Positions 17,501-27,930 of a stretch of 64,000 nt of DNA are shown here, piece by piece (positions within the stretch are counted from its first letter, which is position 1; each line of letters opens with the position of its first letter). The notes beneath the pieces are model-generated. The model searched no databases. It had not been told where the DNA came from and saw only the letters and a list, made by a program, of their open reading frames with translations. Source of the DNA: a virus (Duplodnaviria; Caudoviricetes); the IMG/VR virus record IMGVR_UViG_2602041884_000001, positions 1-64,000 of that record, one strand, 5' to 3'. The translations under genes and the position numbers were made by a program.

Positions 17501-20500
17501 ACAAGGCACTCGAGAAGCTAAATAGCGAGCTCAATGTAACCAAGTCCATCCAGGAGGACGTGGGCCGCGCCCTGGACGGCGCAAAGGCTCGCTACGATCG
17601 CTATGCTAATGCACAGATCGCTGGAATGGGCGCGGCGGAAGATGCCGCCTTTGCTAACGAGCAGGCGCAGAAGCGTCTTCAGCTTCAGATCGCCAAGATG
17701 GAGCAGGAGTCTGGCACTATCGATAGTGTCTCCGACTCGTACTCCAAGCTTCAAGGGCAGATCGAAACGCTGACCGCGAAGCAGACTGACCTGCGCAATG
17801 CTGGCGCAGGTTCCGACATTCTCGGAACCTATGACAAGATGATTGCTGACCTCAAGAAGCAGCAGTCGGGACTTATGTCGGGAGGTGCGGACAGTCCTGC
17901 CGGAAAGATTGCAGCACTCAATACGCAGCTCCAGAAGCTCCAGAACCAGGCCAACGTTATGGACCTGGAGAAGTCCCTTAAGTTCGACAGCCTGAATCGT
18001 AACATCGACAAGTTCAAGAACAACGTCGAAGAGCTTCCATATGGCGAGCTCATGAACGGACTCGACTCGTCTCGATCTTCCGTCAACGCACTGCAGTACT
18101 CGTACGATATGCTCGACTCTGTGATGGCAGGGCAGAATGCTCGAATTGCACAGACGCAGGCACAGCGAGACGCACTGCAGAAGGTTTACGATGCAGAGAA
18201 CACCAAGCTCGAGGCCGTAAAGCAGACCTACGAGGAGGTCGAGAAGGCTGTTCGTGATGGCGAGCAGGCCCTCACCGACTTTGCGTCGGCAGCGGAAGAG
18301 GCGGTACGTCGCCAGGAGGAGGCTGCATCTGCGGCCAAGTCTGTCGGCAAGAAGGCGAAGGGTGGCAAGGGTGGCAGTGACGCTGGTGGTCCGGGTCTTG
18401 ACGCATTCAACGACGCGGCTGCTGGCGACTTTGCAACCTTCGGCGGCAAGGACGTTATCGGCCGCGAGGGAGGACTCGACGACCAGTCGCTCGGCATTGA
18501 CGAGCTTACGAAGAATATAACTGGAGATCTTGAGACTGCGCTCGGTGGGCTTAATCCATTCGAGCCTCTTAAGAATGCCTGGAATAAGACAATGGACTGG
18601 TTCCGAAACCTCGGAGCCCCCATTAGTGATGTCTTTGGCGGCATTGGAAGTTCGATCAGCAGTGCTTTCAACCCAGGGGAAAACGAGAACGTAAGCGCAT
18701 TCGGCGGAACGCTTGATAAGATCAAGGAATCCGGTAGCAAGATCTGGGATAGCCTCAAGAAGGTCGGCGACCTTATTGGCGGACTGTTTGGTCCAGACCT
18801 CCTGACCACAGTCAAGGAGCTTGGCGCTGGTTTTGCCGAGATTTGGGGAAAGATCGCAGACCCGCTCCGCGAGCTCGGTGGCGAGATTCTTCCATTCCTT
18901 AAGGCCGCATGGGAGCCACTTGCGGTTGCCATTGGTGCCGCTATTGGTGTCCTGGAGATTCTCTGGGAGGTCATCAACGGCGCAATTGGGCCGGTGTTCA
19001 GCTGGCTTGGTGACATCATCGCCCAGATTATCAATGTCATCAAGGGCGCAATCAAGATCATCACCGGAGTCATTAATGTTGTGATGGGTGTCGTAAAGAC
19101 GATCATCGGTATCATTAAGGGCATCTTCACTGGCGACTGGGGCCAGATGATCGAGGGCCTCAAGCAGATCTTTGTTGACGGATTCGGTAAGATCTTTGGC
19201 GGAATCTGGGACATCGTTAAGTCCATCTTCGTTGCCATTTGGTCTACGATTAAAAACTTCGTTAAGCTTATCTGGAACACAGTCTGGGGATTCGTCAAGG
19301 GTATCATTGACTTCTTCTACCACCTGTGGGACGTCCTGGTTGGACACTCGATCGTTCCTGATACGATCAACTCGATCATCGATTGGTTCAAGTCCCTGCC
19401 AGGAAAGATTCTCAGCGGCCTGTGGACCTTCATCAAGACTGTCATCGGATTCTTTGCGAAGCTTCCAATGCTCATCCTCAAGGGCCTGCTTATGCTTGGC
19501 CAGTTCCTGTGGAGAGCATTTAGCGCCGCCTTCATCTGGCTTGTTCAGAATCTACCTGGCGTCATCGTTGGACTCATGACATGGGTTGGCGGACTTGTTG
19601 GCAATATTCTCGGATGGCTCGGCGACCTCGGCGGCAAGCTGCTCGAGTGGATGGGCGCTGCATGGCAGTGGCTCGTGGACAACGGTCCTACGATGCTCCT
19701 GAATCTCATGACATGGCTCATGGGTATCGCTGCCAACATTCTCGTTTGGCTCGGCAACCTCGGCGGCAAGCTGCTCGAGTGGATGGGCGCTGCCTGGAAG
19801 TGGGTCGTTGACAATGGCCCGAGCATGCTTGCATCGCTCATCGTGTGGCTGGCTTCAATTCCCGGAAAGGTCATCGGCTGGCTTGGCGACATCGGAAGCA
19901 AGCTCGGCGAGTGGCTCAAGGCCGGATGGGATTACCTGAAGGACAACTGGCCTACGCTTCTTGCCAAGTTCATTATCTGGCTCGACGGCATCAACGACTG
20001 GATCATTGACAAGCTCAAGGGACTTGGCGGCAAGCTCGGCAAATGGATCAAGTCTGCCTGGGATTGGATCGTTGATAATGGTCCAGATCTTCTCGGGAAG
20101 TTCTGGAACTGGATCAAGGGACTGCCTGGCAAGATTCTAGAGAAGCTTGGCGACGCAAGTAAGATGCTCTACGATTTCGGCAAGAACATGATCCAGGGCC
20201 TACTTAATGGCGCTGGAGAACTCCTGTCCAAGATCGGCGAGTTCATGCTTGACAAGCTCCCCGGCTGGATCAAGACTCCGTTCAAGAAGGCGATGGGCAT
20301 CAACTCGCCGTCGAAGGTCTTTGCTGGCTACGGCAAGAACATCGGCGAGGGCCTCATCATCGGCATGGATGGAATGGGCAAGCGGGTCGAGGGTGCGTCG
20401 CATGCTATGGCGGCTGCCGCAGATGCTGGCACCGTTGGCGGTATGTCGATCAGTGCAGCTGCCGATACTTCATCGGTCGGCGGCGCGGTGTCCGAACTAT

Positions 20501-23500
20501 CCGCAGCGGCCAATTCGACGGCAAGCAAGGGGGCAGCGATTGACGTTGCCGCGACCGCAGACGTTTCGGCGGACCCCGGCGACGTGGACTACGCAGCCGC
20601 CCAGGCCGCACTGACGGCGTTCATTACCGAGTCGACGGCCCAGTTGACAACCTTCAACGCGACAGTTACCGCCTCGATCAACGGGATGGTCCTCGGAATT
20701 ACTGCAGGTTTCACTACTATGCAGACAAGTGCAACCGCAGCGTTCACCAACATGAACACCATTGCCGTTACTCAGTTTACGGCGATGCAGACAAATGTAG
20801 TTACAATCGTCAGCACTATGGTGACGACTGTTAATGGACAGCTGCAGCTGCTCATCACTTACGTCACGTCGTTCGGGCAGAGCTTCAATGCTGCCTGGAA
20901 TGCGGCGTGGAAGGCATGGCAGGACACCACGACGAGCGGGGTTAACAATACCCTGTCCGAGTGGGAGCGGATGGCGCTTGGCTTGAACAACACTCTCGAG
21001 AGCGGTATTCGCCCGGTCTTCGATGAGATGCAGGTCATGCTCCAGGAGCTCGAAGATGCCTACGCCCGAACTGTAGACAACGTTGGTGCAACCTGGGACG
21101 GCATTCGCGAGAAGACCGCAGCCCCGGCACGCTTTGTTATTAACGATGTCTACAACGACGGTATTCGTGGTGCCTGGAATAAGTTCAATAAGTTCCTCGA
21201 CCTGGAGGAACTGCCTGAGCATACCGCAAGCTTTGCGTCCGGTGGTAGTGTTCATGGAAAGGGCACCGGAACCAGCGACTCGATCCGCGCGATGCTCTCG
21301 AATGGTGAGCACGTCATCACAGCTCGAGAGGTTCAGGCTGCCGGTGGTCACGCGGCTATCGAGAATCAGCGTCGCGCATGGCTCGCGGGTCGAAACGGCT
21401 CGATGCAGACTGGTGTTGAGGCATTCAAGAACGGTGGCCGCGTTGGCACCGACGGCGACAATGGCCCAGGACTTGTCCAGGGTGGCAACATTCAGCTCGG
21501 TGACGTGTCTGCAGGTGGCATCACGACGCCGATTCAGCAGGCTATGTGGGATGCAGTTCGTACCGCTTTCCCGCAGGTGACCCTGTTCTCTGCAACTCGC
21601 TACCAGGACGTCGGTTCAGGTTACGACTACCACATGGCAGGCATGGCGCTTGACGTCAGCCCGTCGCCGGAGATCGCAAACTGGATTTACGCGATGAACA
21701 AGACCAACCCGGTCCTGGAGCTCATCCACTGGCCCCTGGCCGGATGGGAGAACCTCAAGAACGGTGCGCCACTCGATTACGGCGCTGCAACCAACGCTGG
21801 ACACATGGACCACGTACACTGGGCCATGAATACGATGGTTGATAACGAGGGCAAGATCGTCTCGATGGGTCCGATGGGCGCTGGGATCAACCCTGTTAAT
21901 TACAAGAAGCTCGTCGAAGATGGAATCAACTCCAGCCTCGATGCAGTTCTTGATCGTGATCCGAAGTTCGGCGGCGGCATCGGCGAGTGGGTTCCGAAGT
22001 CGATCGAGCTTGCTCGCAAGAGTATGCAAGACAAGCTCGGACCCCTCGCCGAGAAGCATTCGACAATGTTCTCGGGCAGCAAGAACTCCGGACCCGGTGG
22101 CAATATTCCGTACGACTTTAGTGCGGGTGTTGAGCAGTGGCGCAAGCTGGCCACCGAGATGCTCATCAAGCAGGGCCAGTCTGCGACCTACGTCGACCGA
22201 CTGCTTATGCAGATGAACTCGGAGTCCGGCGGCAACCCGAACGCTATTAACGACTGGGACATTAACTGGCAGAACGGAGTCCCCTCCAAGGGCCTCATGC
22301 AGGTTATTGATCCTACGTTCCAGAAGTGGCGCGATCCGAGCTTGCCTAATGACATCTGGGACCCGGCTGCGAACATCGCGGCCTCGATCCGCTACACGAT
22401 GGGAGAGTACGGAACACTCGACGCCTGGAACGGTACCGGCTACGACTCGGGCGGCGTTCTGCCCCCCGGCTTCACGCTGGCTCACAACCAGACGGGTGGA
22501 CCCGAGGCTATCCTCACCAAGGCTCAGTGGAGTGCGATGTTCGACATCGCAAAGAACGGAAATCTCAAGCCGGAAGATGTTCAGGACGCTGTCACGAATG
22601 CCAACATCGCAACTGGCAACACTGCAGACAAGCAGGCGGATGCGATCATCAAGGGCATGGACGTGTGGCAGAAGGCCTGGACACCAGCCCTGTATGGTGC
22701 GGCAGACGAGTCGGTCAAGGCTTCGGACAAGGTGTCGAAGGCTGCGGATGGTTCCGCAAGTGCAACGGTTGCACTGAACAAGAGTCTCGGCGCATACAGC
22801 ACGCAGATCACGGCACTGTCGAAGGCGCTCGTTGCGTTCTCGAACTCGGCACAGTCTTCGGTCAAGGTTACGGTCAACGTCAAGACTGGAGCAACGACAA
22901 CCGAGGGCGGCAGCGGCAACGTTAAGAAGAACGAGAAGGGCGAGACCGTCGTTACGGTCGAGCAGCCTACACTCGAGGCATGGGCACCTACGATCAACGC
23001 CTTCGCCGACCTCCTGGATGCACTGCCATACGCTGATCGCAACTGGGATGCCGACAACCCTGTCGCTGGCGAGACCGAGCGCGAGCGCAAGATTCGTATC
23101 GCACAGAACAACATGACGAATTACACCAAGGGTGCCTACAATGTCCTGAAGGACATGGGACCTGTGGTTATGCGTCATACCGCTATCATCGGCACTGCAG
23201 CCGAGCGACTCCTGAAGGAGGACGGCCCAGCCTGGACTGCAGCGATGACGATGATTGCGACAGGTAACCCTGGTGGATACGCATTGGCAACCCTACTAGC
23301 TGTCAAGGCAGTTGCGACCTTGCTGCCCTTGGTTATTGCTGCTATCATGGATATCGTACCGGCGCTCATCAGGGCGATTGTTAGGTTCCTGACGCAGTTC
23401 ATGCCAGACTCGGTGTTCGCTTACGCCGATATGGCCGCAGCGGAAGATGCCGTTCGAGAGCAGCAGGAGGGTGGAGCAACAGCCCAGGGACAGGGCCGAC

Positions 23501-23646
23501 GCTACCCATCCGACGCAATGAGAACCAGTAATGGTAACGAGAATATCAACCTGTACATGTACGGAGACCTGGTTATGCCCAATGTCAGCGACGGAAGCGA
23601 TGCGGACGACTTCGTGACCCAGCTCAAGCTGTTGGCAGGTAAGTAA
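14506..23646 (+). CDS. Tape measure protein with peptidase-like and lytic transglycosylase domains
   Basis: ~3046 aa from TTG 14506 (SD GGAG); TP901-type N-terminus, Trp-periodic repeats, YHMAGMALD..HMDHVH, ESGGNPNA..GLMQ..DPAANI. Confidence 0.92.
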   Translation: MNSSVNILITAAASRARSTINSVQAQLRSLQAASATTRASSNGPWFNGLAPAQGRIASTQAQLRTLTGVTNTANAASNRPWFASMTASGSRLQWIGKQLTTNFTAPVLIASAVGVKFGLDMEKSMTRVRKVYGDGALAQKELSSGINITARETKALEKNFIALSDRFGVQADEVAGVAAEWAAAGSSGVALAKQTKLTMETMVLGEMEAAEATKSLIAIQAQWGTDTEGLTHTLRQLNAVENETGTTLSDLVVGFSRASASARAAGLQTGELAAMIAALTPAAGSASEAGNSLKTVFARIMKPTADFTKVMDAMGIQTESSAWQSMNAGKRLKFLADSFKDLTAPQRAVVSSLAAGNWQVNRFQQLMEEMGKENGYYGKTLKLLADNDRVAAIAQNELNAVLESSPQRAKQAGVIIQNSLMKAMEPLIPVIIQLGLWFGKLFRSFSEIDPKIRTTVIALLLLLAVLGPMIVAAGILKLSIGQLAPIFMFLGRALLLPLAPLKLLRLSFWATAAQTVVGSRLMAVAVVTMNSMATMLKGVALITVAAWRIVAIGAAVTSRAMVAAWAVAHAKLVLMQVVTGIKLTRLQFVMYGAWLTAQLVWAQASAAIVTLWRKLQYAGYLLWSRVSIPLFALWSAITTGIQKTWAATWLAMQATWRAAVIMGEAAWAAASALRIAIWSATTLAMQRSWSLAWLTISFGWAAATTAITTAWARAQPILVLAAQASMLAIVRAGSAAILIVQKAWALGMMLLSASTWKGLIALSAGGMKGIFTMVLRGGAMILGALASPWILAIGAVVGLLVVFRKQIAQAFNNIVAYFKNLPAETAKGLSPIANIFIKIKNVALRAFNALPNGIKSALLKVVAIVRAAALKVYELFSYINPFAHHSPSLVENVTNGMEVVNQQFTNSANHAKRTIGALHASIKTLQGLSKPVVDANTKADYDKVRSNANQAGVGNAMPAYDKLNAQVKAGTAQLTAMNRTIDAHEAKLKRIKSGVDQYDKALEKLNSELNVTKSIQEDVGRALDGAKARYDRYANAQIAGMGAAEDAAFANEQAQKRLQLQIAKMEQESGTIDSVSDSYSKLQGQIETLTAKQTDLRNAGAGSDILGTYDKMIADLKKQQSGLMSGGADSPAGKIAALNTQLQKLQNQANVMDLEKSLKFDSLNRNIDKFKNNVEELPYGELMNGLDSSRSSVNALQYSYDMLDSVMAGQNARIAQTQAQRDALQKVYDAENTKLEAVKQTYEEVEKAVRDGEQALTDFASAAEEAVRRQEEAASAAKSVGKKAKGGKGGSDAGGPGLDAFNDAAAGDFATFGGKDVIGREGGLDDQSLGIDELTKNITGDLETALGGLNPFEPLKNAWNKTMDWFRNLGAPISDVFGGIGSSISSAFNPGENENVSAFGGTLDKIKESGSKIWDSLKKVGDLIGGLFGPDLLTTVKELGAGFAEIWGKIADPLRELGGEILPFLKAAWEPLAVAIGAAIGVLEILWEVINGAIGPVFSWLGDIIAQIINVIKGAIKIITGVINVVMGVVKTIIGIIKGIFTGDWGQMIEGLKQIFVDGFGKIFGGIWDIVKSIFVAIWSTIKNFVKLIWNTVWGFVKGIIDFFYHLWDVLVGHSIVPDTINSIIDWFKSLPGKILSGLWTFIKTVIGFFAKLPMLILKGLLMLGQFLWRAFSAAFIWLVQNLPGVIVGLMTWVGGLVGNILGWLGDLGGKLLEWMGAAWQWLVDNGPTMLLNLMTWLMGIAANILVWLGNLGGKLLEWMGAAWKWVVDNGPSMLASLIVWLASIPGKVIGWLGDIGSKLGEWLKAGWDYLKDNWPTLLAKFIIWLDGINDWIIDKLKGLGGKLGKWIKSAWDWIVDNGPDLLGKFWNWIKGLPGKILEKLGDASKMLYDFGKNMIQGLLNGAGELLSKIGEFMLDKLPGWIKTPFKKAMGINSPSKVFAGYGKNIGEGLIIGMDGMGKRVEGASHAMAAAADAGTVGGMSISAAADTSSVGGAVSELSAAANSTASKGAAIDVAATADVSADPGDVDYAAAQAALTAFITESTAQLTTFNATVTASINGMVLGITAGFTTMQTSATAAFTNMNTIAVTQFTAMQTNVVTIVSTMVTTVNGQLQLLITYVTSFGQSFNAAWNAAWKAWQDTTTSGVNNTLSEWERMALGLNNTLESGIRPVFDEMQVMLQELEDAYARTVDNVGATWDGIREKTAAPARFVINDVYNDGIRGAWNKFNKFLDLEELPEHTASFASGGSVHGKGTGTSDSIRAMLSNGEHVITAREVQAAGGHAAIENQRRAWLAGRNGSMQTGVEAFKNGGRVGTDGDNGPGLVQGGNIQLGDVSAGGITTPIQQAMWDAVRTAFPQVTLFSATRYQDVGSGYDYHMAGMALDVSPSPEIANWIYAMNKTNPVLELIHWPLAGWENLKNGAPLDYGAATNAGHMDHVHWAMNTMVDNEGKIVSMGPMGAGINPVNYKKLVEDGINSSLDAVLDRDPKFGGGIGEWVPKSIELARKSMQDKLGPLAEKHSTMFSGSKNSGPGGNIPYDFSAGVEQWRKLATEMLIKQGQSATYVDRLLMQMNSESGGNPNAINDWDINWQNGVPSKGLMQVIDPTFQKWRDPSLPNDIWDPAANIAASIRYTMGEYGTLDAWNGTGYDSGGVLPPGFTLAHNQTGGPEAILTKAQWSAMFDIAKNGNLKPEDVQDAVTNANIATGNTADKQADAIIKGMDVWQKAWTPALYGAADESVKASDKVSKAADGSASATVALNKSLGAYSTQITALSKALVAFSNSAQSSVKVTVNVKTGATTTEGGSGNVKKNEKGETVVTVEQPTLEAWAPTINAFADLLDALPYADRNWDADNPVAGETERERKIRIAQNNMTNYTKGAYNVLKDMGPVVMRHTAIIGTAAERLLKEDGPAWTAAMTMIATGNPGGYALATLLAVKAVATLLPLVIAAIMDIVPALIRAIVRFLTQFMPDSVFAYADMAAAEDAVREQQEGGATAQGQGRRYPSDAMRTSNGNENINLYMYGDLVMPNVSDGSDADDFVTQLKLLAGK
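19617..19797 (+). repeat. Tandem 132-bp (44-aa) duplication inside tape measure
   Basis: GCTCGGC(G/A)ACCTCGGCGGCAAGCTGCTCGAGTGGATGGGCGCTGC at ~19617 and ~19749. Confidence 0.75.
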
Positions 23647-26189
23647 TGAGTAGGATTATACGCCGCCCCAACCAGGCTGTTGACTACGGAACTGTTGAGA
23701 CTAACGGCTCCGGCAACGTCCTGGGAGACGGGAGCGACTCGACTCGCAAGCAGTACTACGACGACTCGGGAAGTATCCTTCTCTATCCGACGTTCGACCC
23801 GACGACCATCCCTGACGATCGAGAGATTATCGCCGTCAGGGCTGGTCATCGTCAGCAGAACGGCGGCTCGCTGATTGTGCTGCACAACGGCTGGGTCATG
23901 GGATACCTTCGCATTAATGGCGAGCGGTACTCCAAGACGAAGGCTTACCGCCAGGACGGCTACAGCACGAGTGCGCGCGCCATCGAGGGTGCTCCGATCT
24001 ATAACTCGGCGTTCGCCCCCTGGTCGGCAGCGCAGATCAACACGATGACGACAGACGTCGGCACTGCAACCGGAGAGTTCGGCCCGAACAAGAAGAAGCT
24101 CTGGTGCATCTGCACCGAGTCTTACATTGTTCTGGTTCTCGACGACGATGTCGTTGTGCCTTCGATCAACTTCCCGGCTGACGGTGCTACGATCAGCACC
24201 TCGTCTGTTGACTTCAAGGGTAACGTCACGGTGACCCAGGAGGAGCAGCCTGTCGCTTGCGTTTTCCAGGTGTCACGCGTGCCCACCTTTGACGACTCGA
24301 CTGTCGACACTTATGTCGGCGGTCTTGTCGACAAGGCTGGCAGCACGAGTAACTACGACTCGATCGTGGGCAAGGATAGCTACACCAACCTTGGCCCTGG
24401 CACCTGGTATGTCCGCTGCAAGGGCAAGGATTACCGTGGAGTGGAGTCTGCATGGGGAGATGTAACAAGCTTCAACATCGTCCACGCGGCTCTGCCGGTT
24501 CCTGTTCTGACCAATCCAGCTGACGGTTCCACCAAGAATACTCCGTACGGTCGACGCGAGGCCACCATCCAGACGACTCCTCCGGGCGAGCGGTATGTTG
24601 GTATCCAGTGGCAGTTCAGTCAGGCCCCCGACTTTCCGGTAGGTAATCCGACTTATCCTCTCGTAGAGTGGACCAACAACCAGGTCGGGCGATACAACGC
24701 TGGCGTTGTTGGATACAACGCTGATCCAAACCCGCTGATCGAGCCGGGACTCAATGGCGAGAACGTTTCGACCGACGACCCTGATCAGTACATCATCCAG
24801 GGTCTGCACCACGGGCGCGTTCGCTGTGTGGACGTATGGGGGCAGACCGGCCCTTGGTCTACCCCCATCGAGTTCGAGCTCTGGCATCCGCCGGTGGTTC
24901 AACAGCCTTGGCCCAGTGGCGGCAAGGGCTTCGATGACGCCGCATTCCCCGTGCGTTGGCAGTTCGGAGACGCATGGAAGGGCGACGCTCAGCGCTCGTA
25001 TCATGTGATCGTTCGAGACCCTGCCAACAACGTGCTGTACGACACCGGCGAGGTTCTGAGTCCGTTCAACAACGTCTTCGTCAGCATCGACCCGATCTGG
25101 AAAGAGCAGACCCTCGGCCTCTCTATCCAGCTTACCGACCGAGACGGCGTGCCGTCTGACGTTTGGACTGGAACCTTCCGGCACTCGACCGCCCCGTTCA
25201 TTCACCTGAACTACCCGGCAGCCGACGAGGAGATCATCACCGGCCAGCCGTCGCTCTCCTGGACGGTCGACTTCGCGCCGGGTCAGACACAGAAGTCTTA
25301 CCATATCGCCTTCATTCGTCGGGATACTGGCGTAGTGGAATACAAGACTGCCGTCATTCAGTCTAGTGCAACAAGCTGGACTGCGCCGACGGCTGTCCTG
25401 AAGAACATGTCCGCATACCAGCTGGCTCTGACTATCACTGATACGCAGGACCTGTACACGACGCTGCTTCGGAACTTCAGTACGAACTACGTGCGACCTC
25501 CGACGATCTACTGCTCTGCGTACGATACGGAGTATGAGGAAAAGGGTTATGTCAAGATTCTGTGGCCTGCGACTACTGTCGATCCGCAGTTCGTAGAGTT
25601 CCGACTCTACCGAAAGAATGTGGACCTGGAGAATCCAGAGTGGGAACAGATTGGCACGGTCTCTGATCCTACTCGGTGGGAGTTCCATGACTGGTCAACG
25701 TCTGGCCCGTACCACTACCGATACAGCATCACGCAGGTTGTCATGCTGTATGGCGCGCTAGTCGAGTCACTTCAGGACGAGTTCGGAGACGTGCTGCAGG
25801 TCCAGTCGAGCCACTACTGGCTCATCGTGCCGGATCGCGAGGAGCTCAATAGCAAGCTCTACCACATCACGGACGATAAGTACTCGCAGCGCATCGAGCA
25901 GAACCAGCACGTCATCATGGAGGGCGGCGGCACTCGGGTTTCGTATGGCGCAAAGATCGGCATGGAGGGTTCGCTCACCGGCCAGATCAAGGCTGCGTCT
26001 CCGATCGACGTCAAGACCCAGCGCGAGCGCATCGAGCGTATCCAGTTCGAGATGCACTGGTGCTACCTGCGCGACCCGTTCGGCAACTACACAAAGGTTG
26101 CCATCGGAGAGCTGTCCATCGGTCGCATCGCTGGCGTTGGCCTCAGTGAGTTCGTAGACATCGAGATTCCCTACATGGAGGTAAAGTGA
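23646..26189 (+). CDS. Minor tail protein with fibronectin/Ig-like repeats
   Basis: Follows TMP (TAATG overlap); repeated PADG..., WYVR..D..G..S.W units; C-terminal YLRDPFG. Confidence 0.75.
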   Translation: MSRIIRRPNQAVDYGTVETNGSGNVLGDGSDSTRKQYYDDSGSILLYPTFDPTTIPDDREIIAVRAGHRQQNGGSLIVLHNGWVMGYLRINGERYSKTKAYRQDGYSTSARAIEGAPIYNSAFAPWSAAQINTMTTDVGTATGEFGPNKKKLWCICTESYIVLVLDDDVVVPSINFPADGATISTSSVDFKGNVTVTQEEQPVACVFQVSRVPTFDDSTVDTYVGGLVDKAGSTSNYDSIVGKDSYTNLGPGTWYVRCKGKDYRGVESAWGDVTSFNIVHAALPVPVLTNPADGSTKNTPYGRREATIQTTPPGERYVGIQWQFSQAPDFPVGNPTYPLVEWTNNQVGRYNAGVVGYNADPNPLIEPGLNGENVSTDDPDQYIIQGLHHGRVRCVDVWGQTGPWSTPIEFELWHPPVVQQPWPSGGKGFDDAAFPVRWQFGDAWKGDAQRSYHVIVRDPANNVLYDTGEVLSPFNNVFVSIDPIWKEQTLGLSIQLTDRDGVPSDVWTGTFRHSTAPFIHLNYPAADEEIITGQPSLSWTVDFAPGQTQKSYHIAFIRRDTGVVEYKTAVIQSSATSWTAPTAVLKNMSAYQLALTITDTQDLYTTLLRNFSTNYVRPPTIYCSAYDTEYEEKGYVKILWPATTVDPQFVEFRLYRKNVDLENPEWEQIGTVSDPTRWEFHDWSTSGPYHYRYSITQVVMLYGALVESLQDEFGDVLQVQSSHYWLIVPDREELNSKLYHITDDKYSQRIEQNQHVIMEGGGTRVSYGAKIGMEGSLTGQIKAASPIDVKTQRERIERIQFEMHWCYLRDPFGNYTKVAIGELSIGRIAGVGLSEFVDIEIPYMEVK

Positions 26190-26190
26190 T

Positions 26191-27930
26191 ATGGCTATGC
26201 CTCCCCGCGAGGACATTCAGCGGGCGTTTCTCGAGCCTACGATCAATGTCATTCGCCGCGTAGAGATCTACGAAGAAGACGGCACAACACCCTGGCGTCG
26301 CGACCTGTGGGGCGAGATTCTCGTCGGCGGCAACGTCGGCCTGGACTATGACCGCGACGAGCGTCGCACCTTCGACGTGGAGCTCTCCAACCTGGACGGC
26401 GACCTGAATCCGAAGGCTGGTGGACTTTGGTACGACAAGCGATTCAAGATTTACTACGGGCTGCGACTCAATCAAGATGATCGCGGAGTTCGTGTCGCCA
26501 TCGTGGAGGAGAACCTCGCTACCGGCCAGGCGTTCGAGCTGAAGAAGCACCTGTCGGCGAACGGAATCAACGAGGTTCACTACCTTCCGACAGCCACCGA
26601 GTACGAACAGATTGAGAGTTATGACGTACTCGTTGCCATTTCTAGCACCAGCATTCAGAAGACCTCGTTCCTGAATCAGTGCTACAACAGGGGCAAGGGT
26701 ATCGTCACCTTCTCGATGGACCAGACGTCATCCTCGCTGCCGTTGGTGATCGGCAACCACGGCGCGGGGGCCGTCGCCACGGGCGCAGAACGCAATTATG
26801 CTCCAATGGCGGCGGCGTCTAGCCTATCGGTAGGGTGGGACGAATGGAGTACGAGTGAAACGACTTTGTATCGCAAGATTCTAGCACCAGCAACTGGCGC
26901 TCAGGTTATTGCGATCATGGAAGACGAGAATGGCCAGTCGGCTGGAGCTGTTTCCAGGGAAGATACCGACGGCAGGCGCTGGGTTCACTGCGTGGCAGCT
27001 GACTTTGACGAAGATACACTCGACCTTGGGTACGAGGAGTTCGGAAAGTTTGCCTCCCGTGTCACGAATTGGGCCTCCTCCTACAGCGCACTCGATGAGT
27101 GGGAGATTCAGCTAGGCGAGTTCATGGCCGATGCTATCTCCCTTGGTCAGTCATATGCTACAATAGCTGTGACAGGACGTGATCTAACTAAGATGTGCCA
27201 GCAGTCCAAGTTCGTTGCATCGACTACATTCACTGCAAACACTCCGATCGAGAGTGTGGTCAAGACTGTCGCAACAAACGCTGGAATCTCTAGGTTTAGA
27301 TTGCCGATTACCTCCAAGGTTCTCGACAAGGATATGACCTGGGAACGAGACACTTCACGTTGGGACGTGATTCGAGATGTCGCAAACAGCAACAACTACG
27401 AGATATTCTTCGACAATGAAGGTTATCTTACTATGCGTGAGTTTCGTGATCCACTCACCACTCCATCTACTCTTGATCTTAGTGTTGGGTTGGGAGGTAA
27501 TCTTATCTCTCGAAGCGGGAGAACCTCGGACGCAAGTCTTTTTAATCACATCGTTGTTGTTGGTGAATCTTCTGATTCATCGACTCCACCTGTGTATGCA
27601 GAGGCGATTAACAACTCTCCAGCTTCTCCAACAAGCGTAAAAGAGATTGGCGATCGGGTGTCGATTACGACGCTCTCGCTGATTACAACTGTGCCACAAG
27701 CACAGGAGTATGCAGACTCTATCCTCGCAGTGTCTGCGCTGGAAGAGTTTGAGCTTTCGTTCGAAGCCACGCTGCTGCCGTGGATTGAGGTCGGAGACAT
27801 CGTAGAGATGAAGCGCTCCGACAGCAGGTACTGGGGGCCGGACCGATACCTGCTTACAAGCTTGTCATTTCCCCTAGATCTGACCCCGATGTCAGGTAAT
27901 GGGAAACGAGTTGAAAAGGTAGAAAGCTAA
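26191..27930 (+). CDS. Minor tail (hub-like) protein
   Basis: RRTFDVEL, LGEF, VTGRD, WERDTSRWD and LFNHIVVVGE motifs; synteny. Confidence 0.75.
   Translation: MAMPPREDIQRAFLEPTINVIRRVEIYEEDGTTPWRRDLWGEILVGGNVGLDYDRDERRTFDVELSNLDGDLNPKAGGLWYDKRFKIYYGLRLNQDDRGVRVAIVEENLATGQAFELKKHLSANGINEVHYLPTATEYEQIESYDVLVAISSTSIQKTSFLNQCYNRGKGIVTFSMDQTSSSLPLVIGNHGAGAVATGAERNYAPMAAASSLSVGWDEWSTSETTLYRKILAPATGAQVIAIMEDENGQSAGAVSREDTDGRRWVHCVAADFDEDTLDLGYEEFGKFASRVTNWASSYSALDEWEIQLGEFMADAISLGQSYATIAVTGRDLTKMCQQSKFVASTTFTANTPIESVVKTVATNAGISRFRLPITSKVLDKDMTWERDTSRWDVIRDVANSNNYEIFFDNEGYLTMREFRDPLTTPSTLDLSVGLGGNLISRSGRTSDASLFNHIVVVGESSDSSTPPVYAEAINNSPASPTSVKEIGDRVSITTLSLITTVPQAQEYADSILAVSALEEFELSFEATLLPWIEVGDIVEMKRSDSRYWGPDRYLLTSLSFPLDLTPMSGNGKRVEKVES

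Noticed and set aside
16296-25688. Antisense ORFs of 300-600 aa opposite tape measure and minor tail genes
   Set aside because: Codon-bias shadow ORFs with no recognisable domains
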